IMG/VR virus record: IMGVR_UViG_3300030330_003102
From: an uncultured virus (IMG/VR IMGVR_UViG_3300030330_003102)
Taxonomy: Duplodnaviria; Heunggongvirae; Uroviricota; Caudoviricetes
Strand: one strand, 5' to 3'
DNA length: 20,000 nucleotides
The notes below the pieces were generated by a model, which worked only from the letters and a program-made list of their open reading frames with translations, was not told the DNA's origin and did no database searches. The position numbers and the translations under genes are program-made. Positions 1 to 6,326 of the stretch are shown here, piece by piece (position 1 is the first letter of the stretch; every line of letters starts with the position of its first letter).

Positions 1-347
1 CACTTGCATGATGGTTCGACTGGGTTGGCTGCTATCCATGCGTGCCAGTTGTGATTAAGAGGAGTCTCAGTCTGCATGACCCACACGGAGAGGCAGTTGC
101 CCTCGACCTCGGTGCAGTTATCGTCAATCTCTAACTCGCCGTTCTGCTCTAGGAGGCACACAGCGTCCCAAAAGGCGCTACGAGGAATAACATCTTCATC
201 AAACTCATAGTGATGAATATAACCAGCACCCTGCTCAAATTCACCATCCTCAAACGCCTCCCTTACCAACATTCTCACCAATTGGATTTGATGAGGTAGG
301 AGTATAGTCATTCTTGGGGCTTGTCCGTTCGATTTTAGGTCGCTCAT
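1..347 (-). CDS. Hypothetical acidic protein, at least 115 aa, runs off the left edge (absent from the ORF track)
   Basis: Manual translation from ATG at 347 is open to position 1 (MSDLKSNGQAPRMTILLPHQIQLVRMLVREAFEDGEFEQGAGYIHHYEFDED...). TATA-like TTCATAAG at 369-376 on the minus strand has the same spacing as at the other cassette genes. Confidence 0.8.
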   Translation of the reverse strand, partial: MSDLKSNGQAPRMTILLPHQIQLVRMLVREAFEDGEFEQGAGYIHHYEFDEDVIPRSAFWDAVCLLEQNGELEIDDNCTEVEGNCLSVWVMQTETPLNHNWHAWIAANPVEPSCK

Positions 348-555
348 GGTCTATCCATAGAGCATCCCCTTATGAACCTGCCGATATTATGTTATGTAGT
401 TTTGACAAGCCGATACTATGTTATGTAGTTTCCGCTACTGAATCAACACGACCCCAAACTACATAACATTATGTACCTATATGATACTTACTACATGATG
501 AAAACTACATAACATTTTCCTAACAATTCTAAAACTACATAACATTCAAAACTAC

Positions 556-582
556 AAAAAAAGTGGGGGGCCGAAGCCCCCC
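556..582 (-). terminator. GC hairpin with a C(UUCG)G tetraloop followed by a U7 tract, downstream of ORF 600-848
   Basis: Minus strand reads GGGGGGC-TTCG-GCCCCCC-AC-TTTTTTT, 17 nt after the stop codon. Confidence 0.8.
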
Positions 583-599
583 AAAAACTACATAACCGA

Positions 600-848
600 T
601 TAGGTTTCGGCGTCCTCGATTTTGTCCCAGTCCGGCTCTTGGATGTCGGAAATTTTCTCCCAAAGTTTGTCCACATCAATTCCGCGCTCGCTGAGTAGTT
701 TTGCGATGAAATGAATTTGGTTCAGACTGAGCGATGTGCCGTCGTCGCCGCCGAGATTGTTGTCAACTTCGCGGATGCCGATGGCGTACAATCTGATTAG
801 ATTCTTGGTTGATAGTTCGGGCAGTTTGGCTATGTATCGTGTCCTCAT
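600..848 (-). CDS. Hypothetical protein, 82 aa
   Basis: ATG at 848 with CCCTTAAGTACCC (TATA at 870-877) upstream and a terminator hairpin downstream. Confidence 0.8.
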   Translation of the reverse strand: MRTRYIAKLPELSTKNLIRLYAIGIREVDNNLGGDDGTSLSLNQIHFIAKLLSERGIDVDKLWEKISDIQEPDWDKIEDAET

Positions 849-1016
849 ATTACTGGGATAGCGGTTGGGTACTTAAGGGTTTTGTTGCCTATGTTATGTA
901 GTTTTTCGCGGGACATTTAGTAGTATAATAACTACATAACATTATGTAGGAGCGTATTATTTTTTACTTGACAAAAAAATACATAACATTATGTAGATGT
1001 AATTTGAAAAAAGAAA

Positions 1017-1248
1017 GTTCCCGCAACGCCCCCGCTTCATCAGGGCGGGGTGCGCTTAGGAGGAGCGGTGATGAACCGCGAGAGCGTCAGCATCGCAATA
1101 CTCTCACCCGCACATACGGGCCTTGCCTCCCACTTGGTTAGAGTCAGCGTCAGACTCTTTCGCGGTGCTCCGCCCCAAGCGCGGGGTCTGCACCTTGTGC
1201 CTTCCGTAACCCCCCATGAGAGGCGTTGGTTGGCCCGCCGTTGCAGAC
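1017..1248 (-). ncRNA. Candidate structured ncRNA 1, about 230 nt, family not recognised
   Basis: GC-rich island with a promoter (GAAAGGTTCTTATA, 1271-1284) and a downstream T-tract (1007-1016). The 5' UCUGCAACG can pair with the 3' CGUUGCGGG. It has a multi-stem core homologous to 1380-1612, and G-U pairs favour the minus strand. Confidence 0.7.
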
Positions 1249-1379
1249 AAGGTGAACGAACAGCCCTGAGTATAAGAACCTTTCTATGACTACATAACAT
1301 TATGTATCATCGGCGTTATACGCTTGGATTAAATTACTACATAACATTATGTAGGTGTAATTTTAAGAAAAAGAAAAAA

Positions 1380-1612
1380 CCCCGCCACCTTCCCCTTTCC
1401 ACAGGGGCGAGGCTTCGGAAGGGCTGGCTTGGAAAGCCAGCGAGGTCGCGAACCTCACCCGCCTATACGGGCTTACTTCCTACCTGATGAGCCGTATTTC
1501 ATCTCTCTCAGGCGCGGGGCCGCTCAACCCCTGCTTTTCGCTACCCACCAAATACCACAGAACACTCGCGGAGGTCGTAGGATATTACATCGGTGGGGGG
1601 GTGTCTTGCGAC
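1380..1612 (-). ncRNA. Candidate structured ncRNA 2, about 230 nt, paralog of ncRNA 1
   Basis: Promoter GAAAGGTTCATAAG (1634-1647) with no ATG at the expected start and a T-tract at 1365-1379. It shares the core CCCGUAU-NN-GCGGGUGAG and covarying stems with ncRNA 1. Confidence 0.7.
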
Positions 1613-1703
1613 AAACCTCCGTGTCGTCGTTTGCTTATGAACCTTTCTATCACTACATAACATTATGTAATGTTGGGTCAGTAAGTATAATAACTACATA
1701 ATA

Positions 1704-1750
1704 TATCACCGGAGGACTTACGCGGGCAAGCCCGCCGCCCCCGGATGATA
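1704..1750 (-). terminator. GC-rich 3' hairpin downstream of ORF 1759-2064 (terminator or stability element)
   Basis: Inner GCGGG-CTTG-CCCGC on the minus strand, enclosed by outer arms TATCA/CCGG...CCGG/TGATA. No clear T-tract follows. Confidence 0.5.
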
Positions 1751-1758
1751 CATGATGA

Positions 1759-2064
1759 TTAGAAATCTACGCTTCTGATTATGAAGCGGTCGTCGTCATA
1801 TCCGGCTATGACCGTAGTCTGTGTTTCAATGTCCTCAATGGTTTCCCAATCGCCATAAGATTCTTGAAACTCCTCAAGGTTCTCAAATTCTGTGAAATCA
1901 CAGCATATAGCGATTACATCAAGTTCAATCTCAATGCCGCAATCATCTTCAAGGTCAGTCAAGTATTCGTATAGCGCGAAGCGACCTAAGCGGGAGAAGT
2001 TCGCTTCTCTGCCCATATCGTCAAACGCTTGTACGAAGCGGTATTCGCTTACAGTATCTCTCAT
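1759..2064 (-). CDS. Highly acidic phage protein, 101 aa (ELDVIAICCDF motif); possible DNA-mimic or anti-restriction protein
   Basis: Start reassigned from 2103 to ATG 2064 because TTCATAAG (2086-2093) has the same spacing as at ORF 347. By my count it has 28 D/E, 7 R and no K. The function is inferred from composition only. Confidence 0.8.
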   Translation of the reverse strand: MRDTVSEYRFVQAFDDMGREANFSRLGRFALYEYLTDLEDDCGIEIELDVIAICCDFTEFENLEEFQESYGDWETIEDIETQTTVIAGYDDDRFIIRSVDF

Positions 2065-2209
2065 AGTTGGCCCACTTACTCCACCCTTATGAACCTTACG
2101 CATAACTACATAACATTAACTACATAACTTATGTAGTTAGTATGCATAACTTAATCAAAAACTACAAAACATTAAAATAATCCAAAAATCCAAAAACTAC
2201 ATAAGATAA

Positions 2210-2398
2210 CTACATAAGTTCTGTGTCATCCCTCCCCTCGTTCACTACATTGTCAATAATCATATTCATAACGCGGTCATGCTCTGCGTAGAGGTCAGCG
2301 AAAGTTGCCAACCTCTCTCCCTCTTGGTTCTCGCCAACCGTCCTCAGTCCGGCCATTACGATTCTTTCAATCCATCTGTATTCATGGGTCTTGTCCAT
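2210..2398 (-). CDS. Hypothetical protein, 62 aa
   Basis: Promoter CCCTTAAGTACCC (TATA 2420-2427) is nearly identical to that of ORF 848. Its last codons CTT ATG TAG are supplied by a repeat copy. Confidence 0.7.
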   Translation of the reverse strand: MDKTHEYRWIERIVMAGLRTVGENQEGERLATFADLYAEHDRVMNMIIDNVVNEGRDDTELM

Positions 2399-2705
2399 GA
2401 TACTGGGAGGGGGTGGGGGTACTTAAGGGTGTCGTTTAACTACATAACATTTCGTTGACTAACTACATAACATTATGTAGTTTGTGTTGGTTAACTACAT
2501 AACATCAAAACTACATAACAATTTGTAGTTCCAAAAACTACATAACATTTTCGGTTTCAAAACTACATAACATGTTGTAGTTTCACTTGGTGCAAAAACT
2601 ACACCGAGTGTAGTAAATTACACCGGGTGCAAAAAGTGAAGCAGGTGTGCTTGTGGCACTAGGTGTTTGAAGCAAAACCGAAAACTACATAATAAATCCA
2701 AATTG

Positions 2706-2720
2706 CGAACCTTTAAGTAG
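2706..2720 (+). promoter_or_regulatory. BRE/TATA-like element CGAACCTTTAAGTAG with no ORF at the expected start
   Basis: Matches CGAAGCCTTTAAGTA at 2828-2842; a repeat copy lies just upstream at 2684. Confidence 0.55.
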
Positions 2721-2827
2721 TTGTTCTTCTTCTCGCTTTGGGCTTCGGCTTCGCGGCCCCTGCGAAATAACTACATAATCCGTAAAAGTAACTACATAAG
2801 ATAACTACAAAACAAATTGTAGTTCAA

Positions 2828-2846
2828 CGAAGCCTTTAAGTACCCC
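2828..2846 (+). promoter_or_regulatory. Archaeal BRE/TATA promoter for the leaderless gene at 2866
   Basis: TTTAAGTA at 2835-2842, 24-31 nt upstream of the ATG. It has the same TTAAGTACCC core as the minus-strand cassette promoters. Confidence 0.75.
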
Positions 2847-2865
2847 ACCGCCGTCAGAGAAATTA

Positions 2866-3519
2866 ATGAGCGACCTACTAGACCGCATCGAACAGAAGAA
2901 AGCAGACATGAGAGAAGCCCGTGCAGGTATGAAGCAGGGCATCAAATACTCCTCGCGCTCGCTAGGAGGACACACCACGCAGTACCGCAAACTGTGCCGC
3001 GAGGCGGGCATTCCAGTTGAGATAACCAAGATTGTCCAAGCAGAGGAGACACCGGCCCCGACCATCGGCAAGCCCTGCCGCTACAAGGCGTGCAAGGGAC
3101 GCAATCACAAGTTGCACGGCGAAAAATGCCCGGTAGCATCAGCGAGAGGCAAAACCGGCGGACTGAACGGCGATGGAGAAGCCAAGCAACGCTTGGGAAG
3201 CACGAACGGAAACTTTAGGGCTGTTAGGCCGTGTGGCTGTCCCATGAGAGCGCACAAGCCCGACTGTGAACACGCTAGACCGGCCAACCGCAAGGACTTC
3301 GGCACTACGGCGAAAAAGGTCAGACAGGTTCTCAATATCCAGTCAATCTCATGGCAGAGCAAGGCTCTCAGCGTGGGTGCAGTTGCACACATGATGAGAG
3401 GTGTCACAGGCGTCTGCTCAGGTTGCAAAGAATCAATCCCGGCTGTACAGGCCGTCAAGGTTCACCCTGACGACATCATGCAGAATCCAGCACGGGTCAT
3501 CTGCGGAGGGTGTGAGTGA
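2866..3519 (+). CDS. Basic Cys/His-rich protein, 217 aa, probably multi-zinc-binding and nucleic-acid-binding
   Basis: Clusters CRYKAC..H..H...C, CGC....H...C and CSGC...H...CGGC; K/R rich; first gene of the rightward unit with its own promoter. Confidence 0.8.
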   Translation: MSDLLDRIEQKKADMREARAGMKQGIKYSSRSLGGHTTQYRKLCREAGIPVEITKIVQAEETPAPTIGKPCRYKACKGRNHKLHGEKCPVASARGKTGGLNGDGEAKQRLGSTNGNFRAVRPCGCPMRAHKPDCEHARPANRKDFGTTAKKVRQVLNIQSISWQSKALSVGAVAHMMRGVTGVCSGCKESIPAVQAVKVHPDDIMQNPARVICGGCE

Positions 3520-3550
3520 CGCTTGCGAGGCACGAACACAACGATAATAA
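3518..3550 (+). promoter_or_regulatory. Class II promoter motif GACGCTTGCGAGGCAC plus TATA
   Basis: Motif starts 55 nt before ATG 3573; AT-rich box at 3543-3550. Confidence 0.85.
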
Positions 3551-3572
3551 ACTGAGGAGTAGTGGAAAAAAT

Positions 3573-3791
3573 ATGAGCAATTGGGAGAGAATAATGGCTG
3601 GCGCATACATTGACGGCGGCTGGATGATAATTAGCGAAAGCACGGTGGGCGTTGATGCCTACGGCTATGAAGCACCCGAAGCAAAGCATGACTGGGTCAT
3701 CTTTCAAGGCGGAGAACACATTGGTGATAAGCCCACACTCGCAGAAGCGAAGAAGTATGCTGACGCGCATTACCTTCTGTGGCCGTTCTGA
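3573..3791 (+). CDS. Hypothetical protein, 72 aa (C-terminal TLAEAKKYA)
   Basis: Start moved from GTG 3516 to ATG 3573 on promoter spacing. Confidence 0.8.
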   Translation: MSNWERIMAGAYIDGGWMIISESTVGVDAYGYEAPEAKHDWVIFQGGEHIGDKPTLAEAKKYADAHYLLWPF

Positions 3792-3792
3792 T

Positions 3793-3826
3793 GACGCTTG
3801 CGAGACACGAAGGGAACAATTAAAAG
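3793..3826 (+). promoter_or_regulatory. Class II promoter motif GACGCTTGCGAGACAC plus TATA
   Basis: 55 nt before ATG 3848; ATTAAAAG at 3819-3826. Confidence 0.85.
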
Positions 3827-3847
3827 GAACGACGGAGAGGAGAAAAT

Positions 3848-4027
3848 ATGGCAATAGCACTAATAGAAATGACGATAGACTACAACACACCGGCAGAGGA
3901 GTTTGACGCTTTAGGCGACAAGTACCCTACGGGAGAGTACAGAGAGGAAACCGGAACCTACTGGTTCAGGGTGACTATCACAGGAGACTCTACCAACGGT
4001 GTGAAACTGACATGGTTCAAGGAGTGA
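3848..4027 (+). CDS. Hypothetical protein, 59 aa (absent from the ORF track)
   Basis: MAIALIEMTIDYNTPAEEFDALGDKYPTGEYREETGTYWFRVTITGDSTNGVKLTWFKE; has its own class II promoter and fills the gap between genes. Confidence 0.8.
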   Translation: MAIALIEMTIDYNTPAEEFDALGDKYPTGEYREETGTYWFRVTITGDSTNGVKLTWFKE

Positions 4028-4039
4028 GAAGGTGAGCCG

Positions 4040-4411
4040 ATGAGTATTCCTGAGCGACTATCCCACCTGAATGACTGGTTTGCCGAGGGCATACTATTAC
4101 AGGAAAAATACCTTGAGGAAATAGATGAACTAGAGGTGTGGGACTTCACCCACAACCTACTAGGCAGGGTGGCTTACAATGCTCTGTACACCGTTGCTAG
4201 AGAGGAAGGTCTAACGACCCATGAGGCGGCAGAGTTCTGTACTAGCAAGTGGATAAGACATCATGAGGAGTACCTACAGGCTATCATCACACAGGCTATA
4301 CAAGCGAGAGGACAGGCACGGAAGGCCGGTGACGACGGAGAAGCAAACTTCTTTGCCTACCTAGACTCCTACCGCAACTCCTTCGACGAAGCGGAGAGGT
4401 GTTCTGTATGA
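4040..4411 (+). CDS. Hypothetical protein, 123 aa
   Basis: GGTGA Shine-Dalgarno just upstream; lies in an operon-like run. Confidence 0.8.
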   Translation: MSIPERLSHLNDWFAEGILLQEKYLEEIDELEVWDFTHNLLGRVAYNALYTVAREEGLTTHEAAEFCTSKWIRHHEEYLQAIITQAIQARGQARKAGDDGEANFFAYLDSYRNSFDEAERCSV

Positions 4412-4474
4412 CTGAGCGAATATCCAATGCTGAATACTGGTTATCACCAATCGCCTTCAAGAAGGAGAATCAAC

Positions 4475-4507
4475 GACGCTTGCGAGACAGGAACACAAAG
4501 TATAATA
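4475..4507 (+). promoter_or_regulatory. Class II promoter motif GACGCTTGCGAGACAG plus TATA
   Basis: 56 nt before ATG 4531; GTATAATA at 4500-4507. Confidence 0.85.
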
Positions 4508-4530
4508 GCGAGATAGACAGAGGAGATAAT

Positions 4531-4827
4531 ATGACAACAGAGACACAACCCGAAACACCAGCAGACCTGTACAGAGTTAGGTTGCAATACCACCACCTGA
4601 CTAAAGCACAGGTAGAGAAGTTGATGATGGTTCTACACGACAGCCCCTTTGGGATGCCTAAGACACACGACCAATACCCTCAGATGGCTAATATGGAGTG
4701 CCAAATATGCCCACCTGTGTACGAAACCGCAGAAGAAGTAGAATGGGACTTTGACCCTAGAGGAGACGAGCAAATCCAAATACAGATAGTGACACACGAT
4801 GGAATCAACCCAGTAGAGGAGGAGTAG
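4531..4827 (+). CDS. Hypothetical acidic protein, 98 aa (in-frame alternative start at 4408)
   Basis: Promoter spacing supports 4531; an ATGA overlap with the previous stop makes 4408 possible too. Confidence 0.75.
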   Translation: MTTETQPETPADLYRVRLQYHHLTKAQVEKLMMVLHDSPFGMPKTHDQYPQMANMECQICPPVYETAEEVEWDFDPRGDEQIQIQIVTHDGINPVEEE

Positions 4828-4829
4828 AT

Positions 4830-5054
4830 ATGACGGGGTATATCCACTACAAGAACAAGCACAACGGACGAATCGTTTCCCTAGTGGAGACTAAGATAAC
4901 CGACACAGGCAATCAGATACACAAACTGAAAGACCTCAATGACGGTGTTTCAAACTGGACTTCTAACTACGACCTCCATGAGCATTGGGAGTCCTATACT
5001 GACGCTTGCGACACACATTCCAAAACTTCAAATACAAGTGAGGAGGAGGAGTAA
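4830..5054 (+). CDS. Hypothetical protein, 74 aa
   Basis: GAGGAGGAG Shine-Dalgarno upstream; its 3' end contains the promoter of the next gene. Confidence 0.7.
   Translation: MTGYIHYKNKHNGRIVSLVETKITDTGNQIHKLKDLNDGVSNWTSNYDLHEHWESYTDACDTHSKTSNTSEEEE
5001..5034 (+). promoter_or_regulatory. Class II promoter motif GACGCTTGCGACACAC plus TATA
   Basis: 56 nt before ATG 5057; TTCAAATA at 5027-5034. Confidence 0.85.
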
Positions 5055-5056
5055 AT

Positions 5057-6042
5057 ATGACAGGAAACATAATGCCAGCATACGCCCTACTAGGGCAAGA
5101 AGCAAAAGGAACGACAGCCGAGGAAGTCCTCGCTAACGCGGGACTGGACTTTGAGGTAGCACGCGCTCCGTCGGGGTATATTGACCCTAAGACTAATGAG
5201 TTTGTGAACCACAGAGGTCACAGTATCACCTACCGTACAGACACCAATCAATGCTTGGGTCATGTCGGCGGTACTTATCAGGTAGTACAGAACATAGACG
5301 CACTAAAGGTCTTTGACCGGATAGTGGGTGAAGGTAATGTAGAGTATGACCGAATCGGAATGATAGACGGTGGCCGCAAGATGTTCGCCAGCATGAAGTT
5401 GAACGAAGGGTTCAGCATCGCTGGTTGGGACGATGTTGACCAGTACCTCTACATGATAACAAGTCACGACGGCTCTACTGGCGTGCGCTACATCCCTGCT
5501 AATGTCCGCATCGGATGCACTAACCAGTTTGCCTACCTAGAGTCCATGCTCAAGGAAGCGGGCATCAACCCACGCATCCTATCTAGCCGACATTCAAGGC
5601 TAGTTGACCAGCGCATTGACGAGGCTATCGCGGCCCTGAAAGTCACAGACCAACTCAACGAGCAGTTCTCACACAGAGCCGCCGAGTTGATGCAGGTCGA
5701 ACTGGATGTAGCAGGTAGAACCGAGTTCTACATTGACGCTATGGGCCTCAAGACCGACGAGAAGTTGGTGGATAAGGCTGACAACCCCTTCGGCCTCACT
5801 ACACGCGGCAACAACACACTAGACCGCCTGTTTGAGTTGGAGGAGGCAGACACCAACACGACTAACGGAATGGCTGGCTCGGCTTGGGCCTCCTTCAATG
5901 TCGTCACCGAGTACCTTGACCACGCATGGGTCTATGACCGCAAGGGCGAGAAGGTCAATGAGAAGCGCGTAGAGAGCGCACTACTCGGCACAGGCATGAG
6001 GACTAAGGACAGGGCATGGCGAGCCGCCGCACGCCTTGTCGC
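5057..6042 (+). CDS. DUF932 / TIGR03299-type phage/plasmid protein; the true stop probably lies in the N gap
   Basis: Family-like segments EVLANAGLDFEV, YRTDT..CLGHVG..YQVVQN, IDGGRKMF, YLYMITSHDGS, VRIGCTNQ, SAWASFNVVTEYLDH and C-terminal LLGTG..TKDRAW. Translation past the gap does not look like real protein. Confidence 0.85.
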
Positions 6043-6117
6043 NNNNNNNNNNAGGAGGTTAAAAGAGGTTCGACACGGAGGCCCGTCGTATATGCGGCTG
6101 ACGATTCATCGTGCTTC

Positions 6118-6312
6118 CTCCCTCCCCCACCTATATTCACAGTAAAAATAACATTCACATAAGGAGGGCAGGGAGTTAAACAGGCCGAAAAGATGTATGT
6201 TGAGAGTCGTACTATCCTTGTTCTTAGGGATGCTTTCTGTTTGTGTAAACTTACGACATATCATCAGAAATCTAATTGCCTCTCCCTCCCTCCACCTATA
6301 TTCACAGTAAAA
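6118..6312 (+). repeat. About 30-bp direct repeat CTCCCTCCC(T)CCACCTATATTCACAGTAAAA at 6118-6147 and 6282-6312
   Basis: Read directly; the two copies are identical apart from a 1-nt indel. Confidence 0.9.
6163..6293 (+). ncRNA. Candidate ~130-nt stem-closed small RNA; a related partial element lies at 6053-6128
   Basis: 5' GGAGGG-C-AGGGAG-TTAAAC-AGGC pairs with 3' GCCT-CTCCCT-CCCTCC. Internal stems GTCGTA/TACGAC and ATCCTT/AGGGAT; G-U pairs favour the + strand. Confidence 0.45.
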
Positions 6313-6326
6313 GTAAGGTGAAAAAA

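Larger units (their letters stand above)
380..2824. repeat. Dispersed repeat family AACTACATAAC, with palindromic form CTACATAA-CA-TTATGTAG; about 26 good copies plus about 5 degenerate ones
   Basis: Copies near 391, 421, 458, 503, 533, 587, 893, 931, 980, 1289, 1336, 1652, 1693, 2105, 2119, 2196, 2209, 2439, 2462, 2494, 2510, 2537, 2562, 2684, 2770 and 2791. Full or near-full palindromes at 458, 931, 980, 1289, 1336, 1652, 2119 and 2461. Almost all are intergenic; no good copy was seen after 2830. Confidence 0.95.

Noticed and set aside
491..679. ORF 491-679 on the minus strand
   Set aside because: It overlaps the better-supported ORF 600-848 in another frame and runs through the terminator and repeats.
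1058..1130. tRNA gene call for the cloverleaf-like junction (also 1417-1480)
   Set aside because: There is no 7-bp acceptor stem, no canonical anticodon arm, no proper TTCRA T-loop in the right arm and no CCA end.
1036..1490. Hammerhead ribozyme suggested by CTGATGA (minus strand near 1037-1043, plus strand 1484-1490; also minus strand near 6261-6267)
   Set aside because: I could not build stem II followed by GAAA and a stem III ending in UH for any of them.
1040..1701. ORF-track ORFs 1040-1300, 1050-1289, 1302-1487 and 1429-1701
   Set aside because: They have R/P/G-rich shadow composition, run through repeats and promoters, and lack a correctly spaced promoter. The two homologous modules conserve pairing rather than a reading frame.
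380..2824. CRISPR array interpretation of the repeats
   Set aside because: The repeats are only about 11-22 bp, occur in both orientations and are spaced from a few nt to about 400 nt apart. No cas genes are present in the window.
6043..6145. C-terminal extension of the DUF932 ORF to 6145
   Set aside because: It is read through a 10-N gap of unknown true length, and the family-like sequence ends just before the gap.
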